Positions 28,777 through 38,856 of a stretch of 64,000 nucleotides of DNA are shown here, piece after piece. Position numbers and translations under genes: made by a program. The notes beneath the pieces were generated by a model, which was not told where the DNA came from, searched no databases, and saw nothing but the letters and a program-made list of their open reading frames with translations. Source of the DNA: Meiothermus sp. (GTDB taxonomy: Bacteria > Deinococcota > Deinococci > Deinococcales > Thermaceae); contig NZ_JBBINI010000014.1 in NCBI RefSeq assembly GCF_037443965.1, positions 6,431 to 70,430 of the forward strand. Direction: 5' to 3'. Positions within the stretch are counted from its first letter, which is position 1; every line of letters starts with the position of its first letter.

Positions 28777-28828
28777 GCCCTGGATGCATTTTGGACTCAG
28801 GTAGGTATTGAACCAACAGGAGGTGCTT

Positions 28829-29266
28829 GTGTTTCGTCACATCTTGGTACCTGTGGGTCTGGGAGCGGGCAGCCAGGCTGCCGTTCAACACGCTCTCAAT
28901 CTTTCCCGTTGGCTGGGCTGCAAGGTGACGCTGCTGCATGTGCTCGAGAACGCCGATGATTCGGTTTCCGAGACCTTCGCTAAGATGGCCCAGGGGGCGC
29001 GTCGAAAGCCTACCGTGTTGCTGGTGGAGCCCCAGAGCCAGAGCATTGGCGAGGTGGTAGCCCAGACAGCCCAGCAGACCCATGCCGACCTGATCGTTAT
29101 TGGCTGCCATGACACACCCCGGCAGACTTCGGAGGTGCTGGGGGCAGCGGCCCAGAGTATTGTGGCAGGCTCTAGAGTACCGGTTCAGGTGGTTCCCGGT
29201 GCAGAGTTGCTACAGGGCAAAACCTGGCCACAACGCTTTGCAGTCGGTGAAGTGCATGAGATATAG
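28829..29266 (+). CDS. Universal stress protein (single, degenerate domain)
   Basis: FRHILVPV, ADLIVIG; GTG start with AGGAGG RBS. Confidence 0.8.
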   Translation: MFRHILVPVGLGAGSQAAVQHALNLSRWLGCKVTLLHVLENADDSVSETFAKMAQGARRKPTVLLVEPQSQSIGEVVAQTAQQTHADLIVIGCHDTPRQTSEVLGAAAQSIVAGSRVPVQVVPGAELLQGKTWPQRFAVGEVHEI

Positions 29267-29510
29267 CTCACAGAGCGGTCTTGCAGCGCTACCTAGTTTT
29301 ATCCGGTGCAGGAGGACGCTGAACCCGTTAAGCCGACCCCCTCCAGTGTGCCTGTTATTTCCGATGACGCCCATCAGAGCGGTTCCCACGAATGCCCAGT
29401 ACAACGGTTTTTTGCATAACCACATCTTTTTTGAATTCGGTAGTAAATTACCCTGCGTCGCGTAGGGAAGTGGTTGTGGTAAACGCGAAGAGTGGCACTT
29501 TATGCATCCC

Positions 29511-29969
29511 TCACGCTCCATACCCCTGCTGCATCACCTTCAGCAGGTCGAAGCGGGAGATGATGCCCACCACCCTGCCCCGCCGTACCACCGGGATGCG
29601 GTTGATGTCGTGTTTGAGCATCAGGGCCAGCACCCGCTCCAGCGAAGCCTCGGGCGAGACCGTGACCACCGGACTGTGCATGATGTCCTGGGCCCGCAGG
29701 TTACGTGCCGCCTTGTAGACCTTCTCGACCTGGTCGGGGTAGAGCCAGTTGCTGAGCACATTGGGGCTCTCGAAAAGGGAGAAAGGAACCATTCGCCCTG
29801 GGTGACGGCAAAAATCACCCTGGGTGATAATGCCAGCTAGCCGGCCTTTCTCATCCACCACTACCACGGAGCCGACGCGGTGCTCGAGCATCTTCTGGGC
29901 TACCTCGGTGAGTGGGGTCTGTGACGAGACGGTGACAATCGGCTTGACCAGGATATCTTTGGCTTTCAT
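29511..29969 (-). CDS. CBS-domain protein (Hrp1/Rv2626c-like)
   Basis: Two CBS repeats: KAKDIL..V, LAGIIT, RAQDIM, VVGIISRFD. Confidence 0.88.
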   Translation of the reverse strand: MKAKDILVKPIVTVSSQTPLTEVAQKMLEHRVGSVVVVDEKGRLAGIITQGDFCRHPGRMVPFSLFESPNVLSNWLYPDQVEKVYKAARNLRAQDIMHSPVVTVSPEASLERVLALMLKHDINRIPVVRRGRVVGIISRFDLLKVMQQGYGA

Positions 29970-29979
29970 AGCCAACCCT

Positions 29980-30429
29980 TTAAGGGTGGTGTGGTTCGCG
30001 CATGCGCACCACCAACACCGGCTTGGGGCTCCGCTGCAAAACTTTTTGTGTCACCGAGCCCAGCAAGAGCCGATCCAGCCCGCTGCGCCCGTGGGTGCCC
30101 ATCACCACCAGGTCGTGCTCGGCAGCCTCCTCCACAATCACCTGGGCGGCATTGCCCTGCTTGAGTTCGGCCTTGGCCGGAACCTCCAGGTACTGGGCGA
30201 AGCCCTCGGCCCGCTCGAGGGCCTGCTTGCCAGCTATCTCGAGGTCACGGGTGAGGTCGGGGTAGTAAGGGATGGTCTCGGGGCCAATCAGGATGCGCGG
30301 TATCACCGGCTCCACCACATACAGCAAGGTGGCCTCGGCCCCCAGGCTTTTGGCCAGCTCGAGGCCTGCCTTAACAGCGGTTTCGCTAGGGGCACTGCCA
30401 TCGGTCGGAATCAGAATTTGTTTGTACAT
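29980..30429 (-). CDS. Universal stress protein
   Basis: YKQILIPTDGS, DLVVMGTHGRSG, LLGSV. Confidence 0.93.
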   Translation of the reverse strand: MYKQILIPTDGSAPSETAVKAGLELAKSLGAEATLLYVVEPVIPRILIGPETIPYYPDLTRDLEIAGKQALERAEGFAQYLEVPAKAELKQGNAAQVIVEEAAEHDLVVMGTHGRSGLDRLLLGSVTQKVLQRSPKPVLVVRMREPHHP

Positions 30430-30443
30430 GGTTCCTCCTTGCT

Positions 30444-31421
30444 TTAGCGCTCCCCAGGCGGGGGGAGGTGTCGTTCTTCGGGGTGGGTCAGGGCGGCAGG
30501 GTTGCGTACCAGCAAAATGGGCTGGCGGGCCTCCTGGGCTACATCCTCGGCCACGCTACCCAGCAAGAATTTACGCAGGCCGGTACGCCCTTGGGTGCCC
30601 ATCACGATCAGGTCGGCTTTTTCCTCGTTGGCCACTTCGCAGATGCGCTCCCCAATCAGGCTCCGTCCGGCCTCCCGCAGTATGGTGTGCACTTGCGTGC
30701 AGTGTTCGCAGCGCTTTGTGGCTTCTTTCAAGATGAACTCGCCTTGCTCGCGCAGGCGGGCTTGCTCCTGGGATAGTTGGGCCTGTAGTTGGGCCTGGTC
30801 GGCAAACATCCAAGCCCGCCCTGCACTCAGGTATAGCTGGGTCAGATCGGGTACCACGTACACCACCGAGAGCTTGGCCTTCAGGGCCCCGGCCAGTGCA
30901 TCGGCGTGTTGCAGGGCCAGCTCGCTATAGACGCTGCCGTCAAAGGCTACCAAGATGCGCTTGAACAAGGTGGGCTTGGTATCGTCCCCACGCACCAGCA
31001 AGAGCGGTGTGGGGGCCAGGCGGGCCATGCGTTCGGCCACGCTGCCCAGCAGCACCCTGGGCAGGCCGGTGCGCCCGTGGGTGCCCATTACCACCAGGTC
31101 GCAGCCATGGGCAACCCCAGCATCCACCAGAGCTTCTGCAACGCCTGGGCGGCTTTCCGGCTGGGTACTGGTGAGCTGGGTGGCGCAGGCAACCTTGAGA
31201 TACTGGGCTTTGCGCTCCCACTGCTCCAACAAGGCCCGCCCCACCGTGCGGGCTCGCTCGAGCGCTTCCTGGTAGTCGTGTAGCTCGCGGTAGCGCTGCG
31301 GCTCAATGACGTGCACAAACACCACCGAAGCCCCCAGCCGCTTGGCAAGGGCCAGGCCCACGGCTGCGGCATACTCACTTGGAGGTGAGCCATCAATCGG
31401 AAGGAGAAAGCGTTTGTACAT
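30444..31421 (-). CDS. Universal stress protein (tandem)
   Basis: YKRFLLPIDGS; two MGT.GR.G..LLGSVAE motifs. Confidence 0.93.
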   Translation of the reverse strand: MYKRFLLPIDGSPPSEYAAAVGLALAKRLGASVVFVHVIEPQRYRELHDYQEALERARTVGRALLEQWERKAQYLKVACATQLTSTQPESRPGVAEALVDAGVAHGCDLVVMGTHGRTGLPRVLLGSVAERMARLAPTPLLLVRGDDTKPTLFKRILVAFDGSVYSELALQHADALAGALKAKLSVVYVVPDLTQLYLSAGRAWMFADQAQLQAQLSQEQARLREQGEFILKEATKRCEHCTQVHTILREAGRSLIGERICEVANEEKADLIVMGTQGRTGLRKFLLGSVAEDVAQEARQPILLVRNPAALTHPEERHLPPPGER

Positions 31422-31700
31422 TCCTGCCTCCAAAGATCGCCTGCAAAACCCTGCTTCTGAGCCTAGAGTACGGTAGGCAGCCCACTACTGCATCTTTACC
31501 TTAGCCTGCAGAGCGGTGTGTGCCAAGGGTTATCAGTCCTCGGGGTGACAAGGGGTGCCAGCTTGGTTCTGTGTTGGCATCGGGCCATTTTACAAAACGT
31601 TCTGCCCTGCACCTATCACGGTGATTCCTATTTTTCGCCGGTTCTGGCAACATAAAACGCGTTCAGCACGTTTTTTGGGCTTTTGAGGATTGCTGGCGTA

Positions 31701-33428
31701 TTACCCCCGCACCTCCCGAAGCCAGTCCAGGAGGGCCGCCAGCGGGTGGGTGTTGAGAACCTGGGCCGGCCCCAGCCAGGCCCGCTGGGCGGTGCCCACG
31801 GCCAGCTCCATAAAGCGCAGGTGGTCGAGCTGGTGAGCATCGGTGGAGAGGGCAAAGCGCACGCCCATCCCCCCGGCCTGCCGGGCCAGGGTGTCGGGCA
31901 GGTCCATGCGGTCGTAGTAGCCGTTGATCTCGAGGGCCTTTCCCAGGGCTTTGGCCCGGTGAAAAATCTTCTCCCAGTCGGCCTCCAGGCCCTTGCGTAC
32001 CCCCAGCATCCGGGCGGTGGGGTGGGCCAGGATGTGCACACAGGGGTGCTCCAACGCCCGCAGGAGGCGCCGGGTCTGCTGGGCACGGCTCAGGTTGAAA
32101 TGGGAGTGAACCGCCACCAGCACCACCTCGAGCTCCCGCAGCACCGGCTCCGGGTAGTCCAGGGTGCCATCGGCGGCCACCTCCACCTCGGCCCCGGCCA
32201 ACAGGTAGGGCTTGCCGCCGGTTTTTTCGTTTACCTTGCGAATTTCCCTCAGGCGGGCCTGCACCTTCTCCAGCGGCACCCCGTGGGCCACCTTGAGGCT
32301 CTGGGAATGGTCGGTGATGGCCAGGTAGGCATAGCCCAGCTTCTGGGCGGCCTGGGCCAGCTCGAGCAGGGTGGCTTTGCCATCCGACCAGCGCGAATGC
32401 ACCTGAAGGTCGCCCCGAACCTCCTCGAGCTGCACCAGCCGGGGTAGCTGTCCGGCCTGGGCGGCTTCAATTTCGCCGCTGTCCTCCCGCAGAGGGGGCG
32501 GAATCCAGGGCAGGCCCATCGCCCGGTAGACCCCGGCCTCGTCCTCACCTGCCAGGCGCGCCTCCCCCCGCCAGACCCCATACTCGTTGAGCTTAAGGCC
32601 CTGCTTCTGGGCGAGGGTGCGCAGCTTGATGCTGTGGGCTTTGGAGCCAGTCAGGTACTGCAGGCCGCTGCCCCACGCCGCAGGGGGCACGGTCTTGAAG
32701 TCCACCTGCAGGCCCCCCTGCAAAAAGACCGTGGCCCGGTTCTCGCCCACTGCTTCCACGTCGGCAATGCCCGGCAGCCGCACCAGGGCCTCGAGCACCT
32801 GGGCTGGGGTCAGGGTGGCAATCAGGAAGTCCAGGTCGCCCACCGTCTCGCGGTAGCGGCGGAATGAGCCGCAGATCTCGGCTTGCTGCACCCCCGGCTG
32901 GGCGCGCACCTGCTCGAGCAGGGCTCGAGCCTGTCCAAGCACCGCCCCCAGGGGTCTTCGCTGGGTGGCCGTCTCGGCCAGGGCCAGGTTTTCCAGCAAA
33001 TGCTGGCGCTTCTTCTCGCCGAAGCCCGGCAGGCCCAGCACCTGCTTGGAGGCCAGCGCGGCCTGGAGTTTTGCCAGCGAGTCTACCCCCAGCCGCTCCC
33101 ATAGGAGCCGGGCGGTTTTGGGCCCCACCCCCGGCACCCGCAGCACCTCCAGTACCCCCGCAGGCACCTGCTGGGCCAGCTTGCTGTGGGCCTGAAGGGT
33201 GCCCGTGCGCAGATACTCCTGAATCTTGGCGGCCAGGTCGGGGCCGATGGAGGGAAGGGCCTGCAGGGCTTCTTCTCCCTGGGCGGCAATGGCCTCGATG
33301 GGGGTCTCGAGGTCGGCCAGGGTGCGGGCAGCCTGGGTGTAGGCCCGCACCCGGAAGGGGTTCTCGCCTAGGAAGGCCAGCATCTCGGCCATCTCCTGAA
33401 ACCGTTGGGCAATCTCGGCGTTTTTCAT
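31701..33428 (-). CDS. polX: DNA polymerase X with C-terminal PHP domain
   Basis: ENPFRVRAY, GSFRR..ETVGDLD, YLTGSKAH, DLQVHS.WSDG, TDHS, STDAH. Confidence 0.95.
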   Translation of the reverse strand: MKNAEIAQRFQEMAEMLAFLGENPFRVRAYTQAARTLADLETPIEAIAAQGEEALQALPSIGPDLAAKIQEYLRTGTLQAHSKLAQQVPAGVLEVLRVPGVGPKTARLLWERLGVDSLAKLQAALASKQVLGLPGFGEKKRQHLLENLALAETATQRRPLGAVLGQARALLEQVRAQPGVQQAEICGSFRRYRETVGDLDFLIATLTPAQVLEALVRLPGIADVEAVGENRATVFLQGGLQVDFKTVPPAAWGSGLQYLTGSKAHSIKLRTLAQKQGLKLNEYGVWRGEARLAGEDEAGVYRAMGLPWIPPPLREDSGEIEAAQAGQLPRLVQLEEVRGDLQVHSRWSDGKATLLELAQAAQKLGYAYLAITDHSQSLKVAHGVPLEKVQARLREIRKVNEKTGGKPYLLAGAEVEVAADGTLDYPEPVLRELEVVLVAVHSHFNLSRAQQTRRLLRALEHPCVHILAHPTARMLGVRKGLEADWEKIFHRAKALGKALEINGYYDRMDLPDTLARQAGGMGVRFALSTDAHQLDHLRFMELAVGTAQRAWLGPAQVLNTHPLAALLDWLREVRG

Positions 33429-34231
33429 CGCACCACCAGCAGCGGCGCCGGCAGGCGGGCCAGCAGGCGTTCCAGCCCCTCCCCGGCCAGCAGGGGCAGG
33501 CTGGCCCCTACCACCAGCCCATCGCAGCCGGTGCGGGTAAAGACCTGGAGCAGTTGTTCCAGGTCAACCTCCCGCAGGTGCACGGGCTGAACCAGGGCAC
33601 CCCGCTGGACCTGCCAGGCCTGCAGTGTGGAGGCCAGGCTGTTTTCACCCAGCATCACCACCGTCAGGGGTTGGGAGGGGTTTTCCATGAAGGCCCAGGC
33701 CGCCTCCAGTAGGGCTTCGGGGTTGTGGGCCTGGGAGTGCAGTACCACCATCGGATGCCGAAACGGCGCCCCCCGCGGCTGCAACAAGACCCAGCGCGCC
33801 CCCTGGGGCAGCACCAGCCGCAGCGCGGCGGGGGTCGGTACGGCCAGGCCCATCACCTGGCCTGCCGTACCAATCACCCACAAATCCTCCTGGGCTGCCC
33901 ACTCATTCAGGGCCCGCTCGAGCTCCCCCCGCAACACCTGGGCCTGCCAGGCCACCCCCAGCCGCCGGGCGGCCTGCTCGAGCTCGGCCTGGGCCTGGGC
34001 CGCGAGGGCTTGGAGCTGGGCTTCCAACCGCGCCAGGTCTACCCCGCTGCCCCAGGGGCTTACCTGGCGGGCCACCGGCAGGCGGGCCCAGCGCAGCAGG
34101 CGGGGGTCTTCCAGGAACAGCCCCTGCACCTCGGCCCCCAGCCGGGCGGCCAGTTCCACCGCCGCCGCGATGCTCTGGGCGTCACGGGCCGCCACATCCA
34201 GGGCCAGGATGACCCGGCGAATCCGGTTCAT
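33425..34231 (-). CDS. USP-like protein
   Basis: Start at ATG 34231 (MNRIRRVILALD) overlapping the Lon stop; degenerate tandem USP fold. Confidence 0.65.
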   Translation of the reverse strand: MNRIRRVILALDVAARDAQSIAAAVELAARLGAEVQGLFLEDPRLLRWARLPVARQVSPWGSGVDLARLEAQLQALAAQAQAELEQAARRLGVAWQAQVLRGELERALNEWAAQEDLWVIGTAGQVMGLAVPTPAALRLVLPQGARWVLLQPRGAPFRHPMVVLHSQAHNPEALLEAAWAFMENPSQPLTVVMLGENSLASTLQAWQVQRGALVQPVHLREVDLEQLLQVFTRTGCDGLVVGASLPLLAGEGLERLLARLPAPLLVVR

Positions 34232-36663
34232 GTGCTCCCTCCCGTCGTGGGTGCAGCAAAAGCCCGTATCTGCTCGGCAAAGGCCATCAGTTGCGCCTCT
34301 ATCCGGGCATTCAGGCTGCCCTCGGGGAAGCGCCCGTCTTCCCCCCGTTCCCCGGCCTCGAGGCCGGTCAGAATTTCCAGGGCTGCATCTACCGTGTCCA
34401 CCGCCCAGACTTTGAACTGCCCCTGCGCCACGGCCTCCACCACCTCGGGGTTGAGCATCAGGTGCTGGACGTTGGCCCTGGGGATAATCACCCCTTGCTC
34501 GCCGGTCAGGCCCGCCTCGCGGCAAACCTCGAAGAAGCCCTCGATTTTCTCGTTGACCCCCCCGATGGGCTGGGCCTGGCCGTGCTGGTTGACCGAGCCG
34601 GTAATGGCAATCCCCTGGCGGATGGGTACCTGGGCCAGGGCCGACAGAATCGCGCACAGCTCGGCCATGGAGGCGCTGTCGCCCTCCACCCCACTGTACG
34701 ACTGCTCGAAGACCAGGCTGGCCGAGAGCGAGAGGGGCCGCTCGCGGGCGTAGCGCTCGCCCAAAAACCCGGCCAGTATCAGCACCCCCTTGGAGTGCAG
34801 GGGGCCACCCAAGGCCACCTCGCGCTCGATATCCACCACCTCGCCCTTGCCCAGCCGCACCCGTGCGGTGATGCGGGTGGGGTGCCCAAAGCTATAACCC
34901 CCCAGGTTAAGCACGCTCAGCCCGTTAATCTGCCCCACCCTGGCCCCGCGGGTGTCCACCAGCAGGATGCCGCGCCGCACCGACTCCTGCAGGCGTTCCT
35001 TGAGGCGGCTGGCCCGGTAGACCTGCTGGTCTATGGCTTGCTGCACATCCTGGGCCGCAATGACCGGGCGTCCGGCCTGGGCGGCCCAGTAGTCGGCCTC
35101 GCGCAGCAGGTCGAGGAGGGCCTCGAGCGCGGTCGAGAGCTTGTGGGCATCGGAAGCCAGGCGTGAACCGTGCTCGATCACCCGCGCCACCGCCTCTCTT
35201 TCCAGGGGCCGCAACTGCTCGCGCTGGGCCAGCGAAGCAATCAGCCGCGCATAGGCCTCCTCCCCCTGGGGGGTGCGGTCCTGGGCATCCTCGAAGTCGG
35301 CGGCCACCTTGAACAGCTCGAGGAAGTCGGGGTCGTAGGCCGAGAGCAGGTAATACAGCAGCCGATCCCCCACCAGAATCACCTTGACCTGCAGGGGAAT
35401 GGGGGCCGGTTGCAGGGTAACGGTGCTGGTCAGGCCCAGTACATCGCTCACCGAGCGAATCTGGATTTCTTTGGCCCGCAGGGCCCGCTTGAGCTCCTCC
35501 CAGGCATACGGCTGCAACAGCACCCGCCGGGCATCCAGAATCAGATAGCCCCCGTTGGCGCGGTGCAGGGCCCCCGGACGAATCAGGGTAAAGTCGGTGA
35601 CCAGGTTGCCGAACTGGGCGCGGTACTCGATGCGCCCCAGCAGGTTGGCCAGCGAGGGGTAGTCCTCCTCCACCACCGGGGCCCCCCGGCTGCCGGCGTT
35701 GTCCACCAGCAGGTTCACCCGGTAGCGGTCGAAGCTGCGGCTGTCGGCGAGCATCTTGCCCAGGGCGGCCTCGAGGGGGTTCTCCGAGTCGCTGGGGTTC
35801 GCCAGGAACTGCCCGGCGTTCTCGATCAGGTCTTGCTCGACCACTTCCAGATACCCCAGCACCTCGGGCAGGTCGAGGTAGGAGGCCCGCACCCCGCCCA
35901 GTAGATGGGCGATGGCATGACGGGTCACCTCGCGGTTGAGTTCACGGATTTTGGCCCGCCGCTCGCTCTCCCACTGCGGGGCTTGTTGCAGGATGGCCTC
36001 GAGCTTCTGGTGCAGGGTCTCCATAGCAGCCTGGATGCGCCTTTGTTCCTCCTCGGGCAGCTTCTCGAACTCCTCGGGGGTGATGATTTCGCGGTCGCGC
36101 ACCGGGGCCAGCCCCATGCCCATAGGGGTGCGGATGATGGCGATGCCCTGCTGGTTGGCCTCGGCCTGGAGGGCATCGAAGCTAGCCTGTTGTTTTTGCT
36201 TGAGCTCCTCTTCGATAATCTGCCGCCGGGTGCGGTAGTCCTCACTCTCGAAAGCCGCCGGGATGGTCACCCGTAGCTCGTCTACCAGGCGCTCCATGCT
36301 TGCTTTGAGATGGGCCCCTCGTCCGGCGGGAAGGCGCAGGGTTTGGGGTTTGTGGGACTCTAGGAAATTATGCACGTAGACCCAGTCCTGGGCGGGGGGC
36401 TCTTGCTGAGCCTGGGCCTGGGTAAAGTGCCGCACCAGACTGAGCTTGCCAATTCCCACTGGCCCCAGCGCGTACAGGTTGTAGCCCTCGTGTGGAACCT
36501 TTAGACCAAACTGGATGGCCTGGGCAGCCCGCTGCTGACCCGTTAACTGCGCAAGAGGCTCGAGTTCGGCGGTGGTACGAAAGTTGAGATGGCGTACGTC
36601 GCAACGGTTTCGTAGCAGCTCCACCGGTAGCAAGTTTGCCTGCAAGACCCCTGGTTCAGGCAT
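34228..36663 (-). CDS. Lon-like protease (LonC/AAA_32 type, S16 domain)
   Basis: GQQRA, GPVGIGK, PGALHRANGGYL, FEQSY..EGDSAS (Ser), EKIEGFF (Lys). Confidence 0.92.
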   Translation of the reverse strand: MPEPGVLQANLLPVELLRNRCDVRHLNFRTTAELEPLAQLTGQQRAAQAIQFGLKVPHEGYNLYALGPVGIGKLSLVRHFTQAQAQQEPPAQDWVYVHNFLESHKPQTLRLPAGRGAHLKASMERLVDELRVTIPAAFESEDYRTRRQIIEEELKQKQQASFDALQAEANQQGIAIIRTPMGMGLAPVRDREIITPEEFEKLPEEEQRRIQAAMETLHQKLEAILQQAPQWESERRAKIRELNREVTRHAIAHLLGGVRASYLDLPEVLGYLEVVEQDLIENAGQFLANPSDSENPLEAALGKMLADSRSFDRYRVNLLVDNAGSRGAPVVEEDYPSLANLLGRIEYRAQFGNLVTDFTLIRPGALHRANGGYLILDARRVLLQPYAWEELKRALRAKEIQIRSVSDVLGLTSTVTLQPAPIPLQVKVILVGDRLLYYLLSAYDPDFLELFKVAADFEDAQDRTPQGEEAYARLIASLAQREQLRPLEREAVARVIEHGSRLASDAHKLSTALEALLDLLREADYWAAQAGRPVIAAQDVQQAIDQQVYRASRLKERLQESVRRGILLVDTRGARVGQINGLSVLNLGGYSFGHPTRITARVRLGKGEVVDIEREVALGGPLHSKGVLILAGFLGERYARERPLSLSASLVFEQSYSGVEGDSASMAELCAILSALAQVPIRQGIAITGSVNQHGQAQPIGGVNEKIEGFFEVCREAGLTGEQGVIIPRANVQHLMLNPEVVEAVAQGQFKVWAVDTVDAALEILTGLEAGERGEDGRFPEGSLNARIEAQLMAFAEQIRAFAAPTTGGST

Positions 36664-37348
36664 ACCTCTCACCCCTTGCGGTGTTATTCAGGTGATGGGA
36701 AAACCAGTCACAAGCCAGTCGGGCCACTTCCTCGAGCTTCCCCGGCTCCTCAAAGAGGTGGGTGGCCCCCGGTACGACCACCAGTTTTTTCTCACAGGTG
36801 AGATGCGCGAAGGCCTGTTGGTTGAGCCCGAGTACCTCCCCATCCCACCCACCCACAATGAGCAGCGTAGGGGCCTTGACCCTTTCCAGAGCATCCCCCG
36901 CCAGGTCGGGCCGCCCCCCACGGGAAACCACCGCCCGAATCCGGTCGGGAAGCCGCGCTGCCGCCACCAGGGCCGCCGCCGCCCCGGTGCTGGCTCCAAA
37001 ATAGGCTTGCTTGAGGTGCTGGGTTGAGGGATTCAGGGCCAGCCAGTCCGTCGCGGCTACCAGCCGCTCGGCCAACAAGCCAATGTCGAAGCGGTACTGC
37101 CGAGTGCAATCGTCTAGTTGTTCTTCTTCATAAGTTAGCAAATCGAATAATAAGGTCGCCAGCCCTGCTTGCTGTAATTCCTCAGCGATGTAGCGGTTGC
37201 GCGGGCTATGCCGACTGCTACCGCTACCGTGTGCAAAAATTACCATCCCGCCTGCCCTTGCGGGAATACCCAGATTGCCTTGAAGCACGGCTTCGGAATC
37301 GAGTGGGATCAGGATGGGTTCGGACTGAATCTGTTGGGTTCTACGCAT
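36656..37348 (-). CDS. Dienelactone hydrolase-like alpha/beta hydrolase
   Basis: FAHGSGSSRHSPRN, YFGASTG, SRGGRPD, GATHLFEE. Confidence 0.88.
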   Translation of the reverse strand: MRRTQQIQSEPILIPLDSEAVLQGNLGIPARAGGMVIFAHGSGSSRHSPRNRYIAEELQQAGLATLLFDLLTYEEEQLDDCTRQYRFDIGLLAERLVAATDWLALNPSTQHLKQAYFGASTGAAAALVAAARLPDRIRAVVSRGGRPDLAGDALERVKAPTLLIVGGWDGEVLGLNQQAFAHLTCEKKLVVVPGATHLFEEPGKLEEVARLACDWFSHHLNNTARGERYA

Positions 37349-37410
37349 AACTCACCTCATCTCCATAAAACTGCGCCCCTCCAACCCTGAAGCCAGTCTG
37401 GAGCGGGGGA

Positions 37411-37427
37411 ATTACCAAGGCGTTACC
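37411..37427 (-). promoter_or_regulatory. GGTAAY-N5-GGTAAY box 5
   Basis: GGTAAC GCCTT GGTAAT, 10 nt, CAGACT; heads the hydrolase-Lon-USP-polX operon. Confidence 0.75.
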
Positions 37428-37533
37428 AGGCTTTTGTCGAATATCTCAAACACCACTTGTGAGATGGCATCACGCCAGGTTCTATACTTGGATTGGGGCT
37501 CGTACAGGACAAGCCTATAAAGCGTGGAAATCT

Positions 37534-38343
37534 ATGGCAGGCCGATCTGAAATCAAAAACATGGCGCTCTTTTGCGATTTCGAGAATATTGCGTTGGGAG
37601 TACGGGAAGCCAAGTATCCCCAGTTCGACATTCAGAAAATCCTCGAGCGGCTTTTGCTCAAGGGCAATATTGTGGTTCGCAAGGCCTATTGCGACTGGGA
37701 ACGCTATAAGGAATTCAAAGCTGACATGCACGAGGCCGGTTTTGAACTGATCGAGATTCCCCACACCCGCCTCTCGGGCAAAAACTCCGCCGATATAAGG
37801 CTGGTGGTAGACGCCCTCGACCTCTGTTATACCAAGTCCCACGTAGACACTTTTGTGGTGATTAGCGGCGACTCCGATTTCTCCCCGTTGGTTTCCAAGC
37901 TGCGGGAAAACAACCGGCTGGTGATCGGGGTAGGGGTCAAGAAGTCAACCTCGGACTTGCTGACCGCGGCCTGCGACGAGTTCATCTTCTACGACGACCT
38001 GGTGCAAGAAGAGGCTGCCAAAAAGCGAGTTGCTCGGCCTAGTAAGCAAGAGCCCAAGGTCAAAGCAGCCGATCAGAAACTCGAGCGCGACAAGCAACAA
38101 CAAGCCATCGAACTAGTGCTCGAGACCCTCCTAGCCCTGCAAGCCGAGCGTGGCGAGGAGGAACGGATACTCAGTTCGTTGGTCAAACAAACCCTCAAGC
38201 GCCGCAAACCGGGCTTTAACGAGGCCTCTTACGGCTTCCGCTCGTTTAGTGCCCTGTTGGAGGAAGCCCAGCGCCGGGGGCTGCTACGCCTGGAGCGCGA
38301 CGAGCGCTCCGGGGGCTACATCGTGCATCCTCGAGGCGAGTAG
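37534..38343 (+). CDS. NYN-domain protein with C-terminal OST-HTH/LOTUS
   Basis: LFCDFEN, GKNSADIRL.VDA, SGDSDF, ACDEFIFY, YGFRSFSALL. Confidence 0.88.
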   Translation: MAGRSEIKNMALFCDFENIALGVREAKYPQFDIQKILERLLLKGNIVVRKAYCDWERYKEFKADMHEAGFELIEIPHTRLSGKNSADIRLVVDALDLCYTKSHVDTFVVISGDSDFSPLVSKLRENNRLVIGVGVKKSTSDLLTAACDEFIFYDDLVQEEAAKKRVARPSKQEPKVKAADQKLERDKQQQAIELVLETLLALQAERGEEERILSSLVKQTLKRRKPGFNEASYGFRSFSALLEEAQRRGLLRLERDERSGGYIVHPRGE

Positions 38344-38369
38344 TAAGTGTCTCCATAGTTGAAATGCGA
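38343..38369 (+). repeat. 21-bp exact (27-bp near-exact) direct repeat, copy 1
   Basis: GTAAGTGTCTCCATAGTTGAA, also at 42266-42286. Confidence 0.85.
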
Positions 38370-38473
38370 GATCCGATCCCCAAAGATCAGTGGAGAATTG
38401 CGTCAGGTACGCCTTGCCGATTCCACTGTTTTGCCAATCTACCCTGGCGCAACCTATTCCTCTACAGATCTAC

Positions 38474-38780
38474 TCAGGGGTTGCGTGCGCCGTTGATGCC
38501 CCACTTGGCCTGGAAAGCAGTCCAGTTCATGGCAAAGTAGTCACGATTTTTTTCAATGTAACCTCGCCACTGAGCCGGTACATCCTGCTCAATAAAAATT
38601 GCCGCAACAGGGCACGCAGGAACACAGGCGCCGCAGTCTATGCACTCGTCGGGGTGGATAAAAAGCATCACCTCGCCTTTGTCTTCTTCGAGGGTAGGAT
38701 GAATACACTCTACCGGGCAGACCGCTATGCAGTCGCGGTGTTTGGCACCCACAGAGGGTTCACAGATTACATGGGGCATG
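38474..38780 (-). CDS. 7Fe-type (FdxA-like) ferredoxin with one Cys-to-Ser change
   Basis: MPHVICEPS...DCIAVCPVECI, CIDCGACVPACP; RBS AAGGAGG. Confidence 0.88.
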
Positions 38781-38790
38781 TGTACCTCCT

Positions 38791-38821
38791 TTGCGATCAA
38801 GCCTGTAAATTGATCGCAAAA
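38791..38821. promoter_or_regulatory. Perfect 11-bp inverted repeat touching the ferredoxin RBS
   Basis: TTTGCGATCAA-GCCTGTAAA-TTGATCGCAAA. Confidence 0.55.
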
Positions 38822-38856
38822 ACTCTCTGTTTAGGTATAAATACCTCTTGAAATGC

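Noticed and set aside
29210-29521. ORF beginning MEREGCIKCH as a cytochrome c-like CxxCH protein
   Set aside because: No signal peptide, overlaps neighbouring genes and has atypical composition; likely spurious.
31484-31500. Degenerate box (GGTAAA-N5-AGTAGT) upstream of the USP-USP-CBS operon
   Set aside because: Three mismatches and no -10 at the usual distance; possible but unsupported.
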